From the human T2T-CHM13v2.0 reference genome, Homo sapiens: a stretch of 64,000 nucleotides of DNA. Made by a program: the position numbers and the translations under genes. Each line of letters opens with the position of its first letter. Position 1 is the stretch's first letter. The stretch is taken from assembly GCF_009914755.1 (NCBI RefSeq), contig NC_060932.1; one strand, 5' to 3'. Positions 14,429 to 30,939 of this stretch are shown piece by piece. The notes under the pieces are model-generated. The model was not told the DNA's origin and did no database searches. It saw nothing but the letters and a program-made list of their open reading frames with translations.

Positions 14429-15394
14429 TGATGAGAAGGTTTCTAATGTTTAGCTGATAGTACAACTGGCGTTTCTTTATCCACTTAATATTATTATTTT
14501 ATAAAATAACTGAGTTTTGAATCATAAATATAGGAATTTTTTTTCCAAATGACTTTGGTCTGATTTTATTTTTCTGTGCGTGCCACGTCTGGTTTGGCAT
14601 TGAGGTTATACTAGGCATACGGTGTGAGTTTTGAACTCTCCATCTTTTCCCAAGTTCTAGAACACAGAAATTATATGTTCCTTAAAGGTTTGGTAGAATT
14701 AGCCTATAAAACTATTTACACCTGGTTGCTATTGGTTGTTTACTTATATTGGACGAATTTCTGCAAGCCAATTTTAATAACTGGTATTTTACTATAGTAA
14801 GCTTCATTCAGCTTTTCAAACTTAGTGCACTAAAGCTGCACCTGTTCTTGTGATACACGAGCTCCTGCATAGTTATAATTATGCCTTATTTCATTCCTAG
14901 TGTTTTATGTGCCTTCCATCTTTTCTTCTAGATCAGTTTTGTTCACTATTATTTCTTTTCTAGTAACTTTTCAGAAAGAAAGGAAGGAAGGAGGAAGGGA
15001 AAAATATATAAAAGCTCTACTAACGCACCCATTTTAAAAACTAGATACTTCATTAAAACTGATAGGCTGTCTTTTAAAAATCATTCTGTCCAGCAATTTT
15101 ATTATTAATGAAGACTATGTTGCTTCAAAACAATTAAAAACAACCTTAATTAAAATTTAACATCTTTTAAATTCACATTTTCTTTTAACAAGTCCAGGCA
15201 AAGTATCGTCCTTTCAAATTAATCACGGCAGTGTCCAAAATCATGGCTGAGAAAAAAGACTGTCAGGATTACACAGGGAAAGTTATAACCAAATTATATT
15301 CCCACGAGCAGTCTAAGAGAGAATTTATTACATTCTTGACAACTCTGGGCTTTCATAATTTAAGAATTATGGAGTTTTATTATATGTTTTATAT

Positions 15395-16147
15395 TTATTT
15401 ATTTTATTTTTTGAGATGGAGTCTCACTTTGTCACCCAAGCTGGAGTGCCGTGATACGATCTTGGCTCACTGCAACCTCTGTCTCTCTCAGGTTCAAGTG
15501 ATTCTCCTGCCTCAGCCTCTCAAGTAGCTGGGACTGGGACTACAGGCATGCAATGCCATCCCCGGCTAATTTTTGTATTTTTAGTAGAGATGGGGTTTCA
15601 CCATGTTGGCCAGGCTGGTCTCGAACTCCCTACCTCAGGTGATCCACCCACCTTGGCCTCCTAAAGTGCTGGGATTACAGGTAGGAGCCAACTTGCCCGG
15701 CTTTTGTTTTATATTTAAATTTAAATCAGTTCATGCTTACAGTGATTATCTCTAGAAATTGAAATAGGAAATTTGCATAATTTCTTCTTATACTTTTGAA
15801 TGTTTCATGACATGTCTGCACTACTTGTTACAGCAAATGCAGAAATAGCATTTGCTTCTATTTTCTTTTTTTGTTCTTTGAGATGGGGTTTTGCTGTTGC
15901 CCAGGCTGAAGCCCAGGCTGGATCACGGCTCACTGCAGCCTTAACTTCCTGGGCTGAAGAGATCCTCTCACCTCTAGCTTCCTGAGTAGCTAGACCACAA
16001 GCACGCGCCACTATGCCTAGCTAATTTTTAAATTTTTTTTTTTGTAGAGACAGGGTCTTACTACATTGCCCAGGCTGGTCTTGAACCCCTGAACTCAAGC
16101 GGTCCTCTTGCCTTGGCCTCCCAAAGTACTAGCCACTGTGCCCAGCC
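15395..16147 (-). mobile_element. Two Alus (15395-15701, 15876-16147)
   Basis: Antisense dimers in PPP2CB intron 3. Confidence 0.88.
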
Positions 16148-16543
16148 AAGCATTCACTTCTCAGGGAAGGTGTAATACACAATATAACATTTGCAGTTAC
16201 CATGAAAATAGAAATGAAAAGTTATTCATGGTAACCAGCAGACACTGCATGTATATGCAGAGATAGTTTTAAATAACATCTTGCTTTGCTAGTACTATAC
16301 ATCAGTGTCTTAAACATTTATTTATAATGTTTATCGATATCTTAAAAAGCACAGCATATTCTTTGGTTAAAAGATTTACATACATATCTGAGAACAACAG
16401 GAAAATTTGCTGGTCCAAATGTATGTGAAACTTATCCACTTCCCTGCTTTGAAATTTTAAGTATAAGGGAAGGAGGAGGAAAAGGCCGAGGAGATGCAGA
16501 AACACAGGTCATATGAATCTAGACCCCAGCTTACCAATAGTCA

Positions 16544-16849
<306 letters not shown>

Positions 16850-17487
16850 TTAAACACGGCGCTTTTGGCCACCAGTATATTAAATGTTAATTTCAGTTTC
16901 AAAATAAAAAACTTGCTTATTCATAACCAGGTCTTACTGGTTAACATTTGACGTGTTTATTATAATCATCCTTTTTCATCAGGTTTCGACAACCCTCATC
17001 AGAACCTTTAACTAATACTTATATTACTATAATAAACTTGTATCTGATACTTTGCTTCTATTATCTTCATCATCAAATTATTACTACTTTCCTAAATCTT
17101 TCTAGAACACTATGACTTCTTACTGCTGAATGAGTAGTGAAAATCACAGGTTTGAAGCTGAGACAAACTCTACAGATTAACTTCTTCCCTTTTCAATTTT
17201 TATTTCCCACAGGAAGATTGGATTTGCCAATAATAACACAAAAACAGGCCCTTGACAAAACTGGGCAAGATTTCAAATGTATTAATAGTTTCCTTTCTAT
17301 TAAAAAACATAAGCGACTATTTAGTTAGGAATGCATCTGATAAGAAATACGAAAAAGCACTGGATTCTGCAAATTAAGCTAAAAGCTGCAAGTATGTACT
17401 TCAATTCATACATATTTTACTAAGCATCCGTTATGTGTCTAACGTAAGTTTGGTGCTATAAAGCCAGATGCCAGATCTACACAAGTA

Positions 17488-17682
17488 CAGTCATGTGCTG
17501 GGCAGCATTTTTGTTAACAGATTACATGTACGATGTTGGCTGGAGCAAGAGACTATACCATTACAGCCTTTGTGTGCAGTAGGCTATACCACCTAGGTTT
17601 GTGTAAGTTCCAAAGATGACAAAATCACCTAATGGCACATTTCTCAGAATGTATGCCTGCAGTTAAGTGACCCATGACCATG
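17488..17682. mobile_element. Tigger3-like (TcMar) DNA transposon remnant
   Basis: TA-CAGTCATG start; gtaggctataccacctaggtttgtgtaagt core; gttaagtgacccatgac end. Confidence 0.7.
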
Positions 17683-18556
17683 TAATATATGGCTTCTGCT
17701 GTTGAGGGACTAACCTCACTAAGGACATATGTAAAATAATAAGTAATAGAAGGCAATAAGCCACTTTTGCAGCATAAATAAGGGCTGGGAGAATAAGTTT
17801 CCTCATAGTAATTTAGAGCAGAAGGAATAAGGCTAAAATGGTTGAAGGTTACATGGAGGAAGTGAGACCTGAGCTGAGTCTTGGCAGAAAGGTAAGAAAT
17901 CAGGGACAGGATAACCTCGTGGGGGAAATCGACTATGGAAATAAACAGAGTCCAGAGCACTGAATAAGAAGAAACTTTGATTTGAGCCAGAGTTTATGCT
18001 ACCAACCGCTGGCAGGCAAAAATTCAGACTAGACTATAGAAGGCCAGGCAAGGAGTTTGAATTTGATTCTATAGGCAACAGGCAATCAACAGGAAGTAAC
18101 AATATAAAAGGGTTAAATAAGAGATTTCATCGGCCAGCGTATGCCAGGTGGATTTGGGGGGGATCAGATCTTGGAGGCAGAAATATTAGTTACTAAGCTA
18201 TTGTAACAATCGAATTGTGAAGTGATAAACTGTGTGAAAATAGAAAGAGACAGGAACAACAGACTTTTCAAAGCAAGGATTTAAAAAGACTTGTCTACTG
18301 ACTCAATATAACGGATAAGTGATAAAGTCAAATATGATTCCAAGACTTCAGCTATGGACTACTCGAGAGAATGATACATTTATCGGGAATACACAGAAGT
18401 TATCCTTTTCACCTCTCCTTTAAAAAGATGTAAAACCAATTATTATTTTAAGGGGCTATAAACTGAACAGACCATAAAACAGATGATATGCAATACTGTC
18501 ATTCTTGCCTTTTGCCTGGTTTAAATCTTGAAAAAAAAATTGAATTTCAATAATCA

Positions 18557-18772
<216 letters not shown>

Positions 18773-18884
18773 TTAGAAAAGTGAAATCAACAATTACAAA
18801 GTTAAAACTATCATTTCTTATCTATTAAAAGAAAATTTGGGGAAAAAAACACTTGAAAAGTGCCTTATAAAAGCGTATGTGAAA

Positions 18885-19370
18885 ACCAAACCACGAGATA
18901 ACACTTTCATTAGAAAGGCTATAATAAAAAAGACAGTTAATAAGTGTTGCAAACATGTGGATAAACTGGAACCCTCATACACTGCTGGTGGAAATGCAAA
19001 ATGGTGCAGCTGCTGTGGAAAACTGTCTGGCAGTTCCTCCAAAGTTAAACCTAAAATTACCATGTAATCCAGCAGTTCCACTCCTAGGTATATACTCAAG
19101 AGAAATGAAATCCAGTTTATACATGTTCATGGCAGCATTATTAATAACAGCCAAAAAGTAGAAACCACCAGATATTGATCAACCGATGAATGGACATAAC
19201 ATATTCATACAATGGAATAGTCACTCAGCTATGAAGAAATGAAGTACTGATACATGCTACAACTTTGAAGACATTATGGTAAGTGCAAGAAGTCAGTCAC
19301 AAATGATCACATAATGTACAATTCCATTTACATGAAATGTCCAGAATAGGCAAATCTTCAAGGCAGAAGG
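18885..19370 (+). mobile_element. L1M 3' fragment
   Basis: ggaaccctcatacactgctggtggaaatgcaaaatggtgcagc...ccactcctaggtatatac. Confidence 0.8.
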
Positions 19371-19938
19371 TCTGTGTTTTAAAAAGAATAATCTTATTAT
19401 TCACAAGTTTAAAAAGGTCAATGAAAGAAAAAAGTCACAAATTATGCAAATTCTTGTGTGAACAAACATTCTTACACCAATTCATAGGCCAACCTTGAAT
19501 TTCTTTATTCCAATTATTTTATATTTATAGAATTAAGTTAGAAAATACCATTAGGTGGCCCTGAAGTACAGAATTTATGCTTAAACACTGGCAAATGAAA
19601 TGTTCTGACTAAATCGAAGTTCACTAATGGCTCATCGATCTGGCCTCTCTGCCTAATAGCAAAAGATCCCAGAATCAGGAAGAAAAATTTAAAAGCCTCT
19701 GAAGTAACAAAACAGACATCATAAAAATGTATCTAACCCACCAGAAGAGACTCTCAGGCCTTATTCTGGGCCTACTGTTATCTACAAAATTCCAACAAGC
19801 TATTTACCGAGTTTCCAGGTCCATGAGAAATTAGAAACAGAAAACCACGAAAGCTAAGAGATGAGAACTGGGACTAATACAGAATGCAAACCGAGAGGAA
19901 GAAACAACCGGATGGCTAGCATAGCTAAAACACAGGGC

Positions 19939-20562
<624 letters not shown>

Positions 20563-22085
20563 AAGTCAAACAGGATGAAGCTTAAAGTAAAAGCAGATGA
20601 CAGCTTAGACTGGTGGGGGAGAGAGCACAATTTTAGGGACAGACAGTTCTCTGCCTCTTCAGTGATTTGATAATCTGAAGAGTATTTAAAACATGGATTT
20701 TGAGTTTCACTGTATTTCCTGCTACTCTGCATTTTTGTCAACAGACTTTAACACTAGTTGAGGGATACTCAACCTGTAGCGATTTTCAAAACACACAATA
20801 GTTTGTACACACACTGTAGGAATCACAAAGTTACTCTAGCCCCAGATTACTTTATGCCAACTAGATGCGCCCAGCCCAGACTCTTAATTTGAAGCAACTC
20901 TAAAGAGCAGGGACAATGGCAAGTTCTATTCCAACAGAAGTGTTCTCTCTAGTGTTCTAAATCATTTCTAAGGTATGATTCTGACTGCACCTCTAACCTC
21001 CCTTAATTTCTGCAAAATGCTCATGCTTGGTTCTCCAGCTTTTCTTTTGATTCTAGGCTACCATGTATTCTTCTACAAATGCCTTTTCTGCTTATAGCCT
21101 GGTAGGATTCCCAAGAGTTATGGACAATGTAGCCCATACTTTCTTCTCCTTGCTTGTAATTAATTAGAATGAGATTATATGCAATGAAGTCTTCCAGAAA
21201 ACATGGGTTCTCTTCAGTTTTAATCTAATTGTGTAATCTTAAGGCCTTTATACCCTTCAGTTTCTTTTCCTGAGATCACAAATTAAACAATAATTTTACC
21301 AGAAGCCAAGTTTATTCCACAAAACAGCTCCCAATACACCACAAACATTCTGCACACCACATATTTTTTGCATATGAAGAACATGGCTGAGGAGATTATA
21401 TACAGAAACATAATGGTTGTCTGGGAGGTAGGAGGGCAGGGGACAGGAATGGTGGGTAGAGTGCATTTGCTTTCCTTGCTACCTTTCTGAGGTGCTTGCA
21501 CAAATTTTCTTTGAGACAGGGTCTCGCTCTGTTGCCCAGGCTGGAGTGCAGTGGTGTGAACGTAGCTCACTGCAGCCTCAAACTCCTGGGCTCAAGCAGT
21601 CCTCCCACTCAGCCTCCTAAAGTGCTGAGATTGCAGGTCTGAGCCACCGTGACTGGCCAATGCTCGAAATTTTAAAAAACAAATTCTGTATTACTTTTTC
21701 AAACGGAAAAAACCTGGCTTCTTAAACTTCAAAACAAATTCCAGATGGCAGTAATTATAAAATATCCACACAATGGAATTTTATTCAGCCATAAAAAGGA
21801 ACGAAGTCCAGATACATGCTACAATATGGAGGAATCTTGGATATATTATGCTAAAAGAGAGAAGCCAAACACACAAGACATAACCCTGGAAATGAAATTC
21901 AAATCAAAAGTACACGGAAGAACCGACTGTGGGAATGCTGACAATGCTGCTGTTGGAGAGACTCCAAATATGCAGCCAGGAACTTAGCAACACGCAGAAA
22001 CTTAGTGACATAAAGAAGTGAAAATCCAAACTTATTGCATAAATGAGGAAAATTGTTTTGGAAGAAGTGATGCTAGCAAAAATCT

Positions 22086-22198
22086 CTTTCTGTATTTGTC
22101 AGGAAAGATCACTTTTACTTCGGCTCCTAAATAAATCAGACGAACAGTTCCTAGGACTTTATAGGTATATTTAAGATTATCTCTTGTATCTCACTAGC
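22086..22198 (-). repeat. Inverted repeat arm A (pairs with 28970-29082)
   Basis: Ungapped reverse-complement match, 104/113 by hand alignment. Confidence 0.92.
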
Positions 22199-22273
22199 TT
22201 TTGTTTTTTTTTAAGACATGGTCTTAATCTTCTTGACAAATACAGGTATTTCATGACACTGAAAGCACAAAGG

Positions 22274-22570
22274 AGGCCGGGGGCAGTGGCTCACACCTGT
22301 AATCCCAGCACTTTTGGAGGCCGAGGCAGAAGGATCACTTGAGTCCAGGAGTTCAAGATCACCTTGGACAACATGAGGAGACCCTGTCTCTACAAAAAAA
22401 TGAGTAAAAAAAGCCAGGTGTGGTTGTGTATTCCTGTAGTCTCAGCTACTCAGGAGACTGAGGCGTGAAGATGGCTTGAGTCCAGGAGTACAAGGCTGCA
22501 GTGAACTATGATCATGTTACTGTACTCCAGCCTAGGCGACAGTAAGATCCTGCCTTTAAAAAAAAAAAAA
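22274..22570 (+). mobile_element. AluJ-like
   Basis: Sense dimer. Confidence 0.87.
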
Positions 22571-22792
22571 GCAGCTTCCTGGACCTGCCCAAGACATGTC
22601 AATCAGTCTCTGGAATGGAGTCAAGGAACATGAATTTCCTATTTCTTTCCCAAGTGATTCTCATGTGCGCTTAAAGTTTATGGAAAAGATGGACAATCAG
22701 ACTATACAAAAATGCTAAAACTTGCACAGTAAAAATTATACACACATATCACAAAGTAGAAAATAAGACCTTAAACATTTTTAAATGGCTAA

Positions 22793-23132
<340 letters not shown>

Positions 23133-23312
23133 TTGACAAAATACAAACTTAAAACAAAAAAAGAATATGCCAACTCAACTGGAAAAATCCCTCACATTGC
23201 ACACACTCCACAATTCTGATAAATCTAGCCTTGTTTTCTTCATGTATTTTGGTATTGCCATTTATTATTATTAAGGTTCTCGTCCCTCAGAATTTGCTAT
23301 GGAATAAAAATC

Positions 23313-23830
23313 TGTATAGTGAAGAATTAACCTCACCCGAGGAGAGGTCTGGCCTTTGCCCCTGGAATTTCCTGCTTGGTAAAGAGATCTCTGCCTGGGG
23401 GCTCTGACCTGCGGACCATTAACAATGTGACTCACGATGCGGACTTTGGATGATCCCACTATCAGTTTGGTCTCTGGAGGACTGGACACTACAGATGTCA
23501 GCCCCTCTTGTACTCTGCCCTTATGAGTCTTTTCCCTTGGCTTACTTTAAATTGTATTCATTCCCTGTAATAAACCATAATCATCAGTGTAACAGCTTAA
23601 AGTGAGTTCTGTGAGTCATTCCTGTGAATCACTGAACCTAAGAGTGGTTTTCGGAACCCACTGAACTAGTATATTGGTGCCAAAACTGAGGCAGTCCTGG
23701 GCAGTGTTCCCTGTAATTTATAGTTCACTGAACTTTATTTTTTGTCTGCTGTTCTGAAGGTACATCATGACTAAACTTTTGAAGATGGTGTCAGAGGTGA
23801 GAACAGTGTTAGGGACTGTGCCTTCTAACT
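23313..23830 (+). mobile_element. MER21-like LTR fragment
   Basis: gagaggtctggcctttgccc and taataaaccataat...gagttctgtgagtc...gaacctaagagtgg motifs. Confidence 0.55.
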
Positions 23831-24291
23831 CTCGCAAAATCCTTTTTAATTACAAAAGTAAACCACATTATAAAGAATTTGGAAGGTTTTCTATGACCAC
23901 CCTATTAAAAAAAAAAGAGTCTCTTGAATTCAAGCCCATCACTGTCCCCATCTTCTGCTTTTTCTTGCCAGCAAGAATCAATGCCTGGTGTTCATTAATC
24001 GTGTCCCCTCTTCACAGCTGAATCTCTAGCACTTTGAACAGTCTGGTACATAGTGGTTCAACTAAAATCTGTTGAATGTACGGGATAACTACACAGTGGC
24101 AGCATTCTGTCAACCAATCCTCTCCTTTCTTCTTCACTGCCCACAGGAACAAGCGCCTCTTTTGCTACTCAAGCCAAGTCGAGAATACACTGAACCAATT
24201 CTGAGCTCTCATCATCCAGGACATAAATATCATGCGGAACTCTTTTAAACGAAGATGAAAATTATTTCCCTCTCTATAAGATGGGATTTTG

Positions 24292-24608
<317 letters not shown>

Positions 24609-25029
24609 TTAAACTACAGCCTACACACCGTATCCTGCATATTAAAAAAAATCCAACTATGCTAAAAAGTTAATTCAAATAAGCTTTTTTCTAAGATTGA
24701 ATAGGTGAGAACACTTAAATTCACCACTGTATCCCAGTCTCAACATAAAAACGATTGTCTTTGTATAAAATATTCACTTAATAGATCTCCAATGGAGTCT
24801 TCCACATTTTTGGTGTAACATGATGCTATTATAACGCAAGTCAGGAATCTCAGGTTGCACCTCAGGATTGTCTTTTAATTCATTTGATCACAAAAGTATC
24901 TCAGTCAAAAAACAGTTTACAAGGAATGATGATAAATATTTCTAAATTACAAAGGACACAACAGCAAACCAGTTCTAAGCTTGAGTGCTTGAGCTCTCCC
25001 ATTCTCTGGAAAGGAAACGGAATCTGTAA

Positions 25030-25367
<338 letters not shown>

Positions 25368-27100
25368 GTTAATATGATTATTAATGAAATTTAGAGTTGA
25401 AAAGTAACGTACAGGAACTATTAGATCACATTTGGTCATTAAGGAAGAAAAGATGTCTTCATACAAGTTTCTTTAAACAATCTGGATTAGGTTTACATTT
25501 CATTACATTTACTTGAAGGAAATCAGTTCAAAACAATAAAAAATTTCTATTTAACACAGACTCAGATTTCTTATACAGATTACTTCTGTAACTTTAATAT
25601 CATTCTTCTTAGAAAAAACTACATTCAGAAAACAATCTAGGAAAATTAATTAAGCATTAATTCCATCTTCAATTTCTGGCATTTTCATTTCCTTTTACCA
25701 AGGAAGGGCTTCATTCACCAAGTCTTTTATAACATTCGTACTGAAGAGAAAAGACTGTGAAGAAAAAATTTCTGCAAGATCTTCAAATAAGAATAAAAGG
25801 CACACACGGCAATAAAAGCAGGCAATGAAAAGAAATTTTACATTGCAAATATCTTCACTTTATCTACTTAGGTAAATATCTTATGGCAAGGGTATATTAT
25901 TGTTAAAGGGCAGTATTAAGTATTAAATATATTTACCTAGTCATATATATTTGACACGTCATATATAAAGTAGAGAAATGTAACAAAGTCCACTTTCCCG
26001 CCATTAGCAATAGTTCATGCTAGTCTAGTTTGGTTTAATTTCTTTACCTGTCCACTAAGAGGCTGGCTTAGCAAGGAAAACAATGATTTGTTCAGTCACT
26101 AGAATTGGGTCTTGACCCTCTATTTCACTGTAATCATGCCATTCTTCATTATACTAAGAAAGGAGCTATTTTATCACTGCATTTTAGATTTTATCAATGG
26201 ACCACCAAAGCTGGCACTAATTTTTGTTCGAGGGAAATTAAAAATGGAAGTACCAGTTAGGCATTTTGCCTGTCAAGACCACTATTTTTATTTTTTAAGC
26301 TGTAATCAATCACAGAAAGTAATCTAAAAAAATTTTCTCAATTCACAAAAATCACTCATTTTTACCAGAATCTAATCTTCATTAAGATGGTTTTGGGTAT
26401 TCAGGAACAAGCATACTATTTCACATTAGGAATGAAGTCATATCCTAAAGTTATTTCTGCTTATTTCAAGGCTAACGCCAGGACTTAGAAACATTTCCAT
26501 CAGTTCAATATAAAATTTACATATTTATACTTCTACACAAGCCTCGACATTTTTCTCAATACGTACTTTATAATCATCAGAATAAAGATCTGCCAGCACA
26601 CACATTGGCTGAATTTCCCTCCCCACCTAAAGAATCATCACCAAGGTTCTTCAGTTATAAAATTTAACAGGTCAAAGAGCTTAAAATTTTTACTCTTTCT
26701 GAGACAACAGTTAAATATAGTTCTAGTCACAGAGTGTCCTGAGCAGTGCCAGCCTGGCTCTCTTGGCACACAATCTTCTAAAATAACTGCATACTGCTGA
26801 TGCAGGAATGAATCACAGAAGCAATTTCTCTGCACACACAAGAGGAGTCAAATTCACAATTAGCTTCAAAAGCTGGATTGCTAATTTAAGCTAGTGTTAA
26901 GAGCTAGTCTTCTCAGAAGACATGCCTTGCTATTTTATGCAAACAATTTTTCACTAGGCAGAAATTAACCTTGGAAGCCAGACACACCATACCATTCATA
27001 CTCTTTATTTTTTGTAGTCATTCACCCACTGGCACTAGGATAGATTTTATTTTTGCAACTACCTCAAAATAGGCCTTTACTAGTACTACTCTGGTCTTGA

Positions 27101-27412
<312 letters not shown>

Positions 27413-27935
27413 GACTCCTTCAGTTTTTAGGCAATCTGAATTAGAATAGAAATTTAAGGAAAAACCACCATCATACGATGTAACTTCCTATAGAATAGTA
27501 TTTCCAATAGAATAAAAAAAGGTATTTTTAAAAAACCCAAAAATTGAATCACAAGGATTAAAGATAGTTTATATAATTAGGTTTGACTCTTTATTTTTCT
27601 CATATTTTCTTTCTACATGCCTGCTACTCTTGCCCTAGAAAGGTAGGGCAAGTATTAAGTAGACCAAGTCAGGAGTAAAGATACTTCACACAACTGCTAT
27701 TAATTCCAGTACTGTGTGGTTCACATAACAGGCACCACTACTTTTCAGGGTTCTATAGCCACTATATAAAAAAAACTCCTTTGAAGTATATTTACCAAAG
27801 AAAAGGCATATTGGCACATCTATTCATTTTGCATTTCTTACAAAAGAAAATGGGTGACACTTATGATTAAAACTTTCAGCCTTCCTTTAGTTAACATTCA
27901 CTGCGTGCTTACTTCTCATTAGGACTTTACATGGC

Positions 27936-28227
27936 CTTTTTTTTTTTTTTTTTTTTTTGAGAAAACTGCATTCTGTCACCCAGGCTGGAGTGCAGCGGTA
28001 TGATCACTGCTCACTGTAACCTCTGCCTCCTAGGGATTCTTGTGTCTCAGCCTCCCAAGTAGCTGGGAGTGCAACACTACGCCCAGCTAATTTTTTTTTT
28101 TTTTTTTAGTAGAGGCAGAGTTTTGCCATGTTGGCCAGGCTGGTCTTGAACTCCTGGCCTCAAGTGATCTACCTGCATCGGCCTCCCAAAATGCTGGGAT
28201 TACAGGCGTGAGCCACTGTGCCCGGCC
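27936..28227 (-). mobile_element. Alu
   Basis: Antisense dimer. Confidence 0.87.
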
Positions 28228-28672
28228 AATGAATATATATCTTAGCACTCACAACCAACCCGGGAGGATTGGTACATATTATCTCTGTCATAAGGAATCA
28301 GAGGTGCAGAAAGACTGACAGCTAGCAAGCTGTGAAGCAGGACTGGAACTCAGACAGGATGAATGCTACACTTGTTATGTATCAACAAGGAGGATGGGGT
28401 AGGGATATAAAACGGAACTAGAAACTAAGGTCAGAAAACATATATATGTATATATACTCATACATACACAAACCACAAAGCTAGGTCATAGCTGCCAGAA
28501 GAGGGCTGCAAAACTAAGCACGGCTCAAAAAGAGTAGAGAGAAATGAGTATTATCACACTTTTCCAACCCATTGGCAACTCCATCAATGGGGGTAGAGAA
28601 CAAAGATGAATGAATTTCACTAACAAATTCATGCTTTGTGGGTAAGGACAAATATTCAAAGAAAAAAAAATG

Positions 28673-29082
<410 letters not shown>

Positions 29083-29189
29083 CTTCCTCAAGTGATCGTT
29101 GACACTCCGGTGTGATTATTTCAAAGTACAGCAGTGGTACAATATTCTTCTCTAGAAGTTCATCTTAAAATTATTAGAAAGTCAATAGG

Positions 29190-29514
<325 letters not shown>

Positions 29515-30520
29515 CTAACACTTTACCCATAACTTCAAGTCTGTATTCTGATGCTCATAGTCAGGTTAACTGACTCAGATCATTTCAAACCTGTACATTT
29601 CACTTCGCATTAGAGCTGGAGAGAGATGTTTAAGGCATAAATTTTAAGACTCATGAAATTACAGGTTATCACAATAAAAATGAATGTCAACTGAAGCCAC
29701 AAGTAAGCAGTTTGTTTCAGAAAGAGAAAAATACCACTTGCTTGGCACTTCTATTTACAAAAATAAATCCTCCTGTGTTAACAAATAGTTACTTAATACA
29801 CAAAGGCCCCGACCAACATTACACCCGTTAAAAATATTGTAACTTAACACCATCTATTAGTGCTCCTTTTCTAAGTAAATTTCATGATCTTAAGAGTACC
29901 CTAAAATCAGACTAACAAAATCTTTCCTTCTCCAGTGCACTTCTGCCACATCATGACTTCTAAACATTACGGTTAAGAAAATTTTATAGATTACGTTTTA
30001 AAATAACATCGTTACTTCTTCATGCACTTCAAGTGAGAATTTTTAACCTAAAAATACATGAAAATTATTTAGTCCACCTTGTAAAGGATGAATGTGGACA
30101 ACTCTAGACTTCAAAGATGGAGAGATCGAAATAATTTCAGGGGTTAAGAAAACAATGGATACAGAATTTACAAAGTGAAGATCACACACTCACGATGTAC
30201 AAGAACGAACTGATCACCCGCATGTTTTATTATTCTTTGGAAAAAAACTTTATATATATTAAAAACAAAAATAACTTTCTGCAAAGTGCTATCGTGCATG
30301 AAAACACACATCCCACTTATCATTTCCAGCAAACACTGTTCCCAAACTTAAGATCGGCTCTCGTTTCTGAAAATCAACACTTTACTTCCAAGAGCCACTC
30401 AACACAAAGACCAGTCACCATCTGTTTCCACCAAAGTCAACCTCTATTTTAAAAATCACAGTTGGCCATCACGCCTACCTCTCCGCAAACAAACGCTTGG
30501 CACATTCAAGAATCAGCGAT

Positions 30521-30815
30521 TTTTTTTTTTTTTTTTTTGCTGTCGCCCAGGCTGGAGTGCAGTGGCGCGATCTCGACTCACTGCAACCAGCCTCCACCTC
30601 CTGGGCTCAAGCGATCCTCCCGCCTCAGCCTCCCGAATAGCTGGGATTACAGGCACCCGCCGTCACACCCTGCTAATTAAAAAAAATTTTTTGTGTGTGG
30701 AGACGGGGCCTCACTATGTTGCCCAGGCTGGTCTCTAACTCCTGGGCTCAAGCAATCCTCCCGCTTCAGCCTCCCGAGTAGCTGTGGCCACAGGCGTGAG
30801 CCACCACGCCCGGCT
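30521..30815 (-). mobile_element. AluJ-like, CpG-retaining, at the island edge
   Basis: Antisense dimer. Confidence 0.87.
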
Positions 30816-30939
30816 TGAGTTAGTGATTTCTGAGGTGCCCCGTTCACCTGACAAAAATTCTGCATTTATTAACAAGTTCATTAATACGCACGACATTCTG
30901 GTTAATTTTAGTTGCATTTTCAGAAACTGGTCTGAAAAT

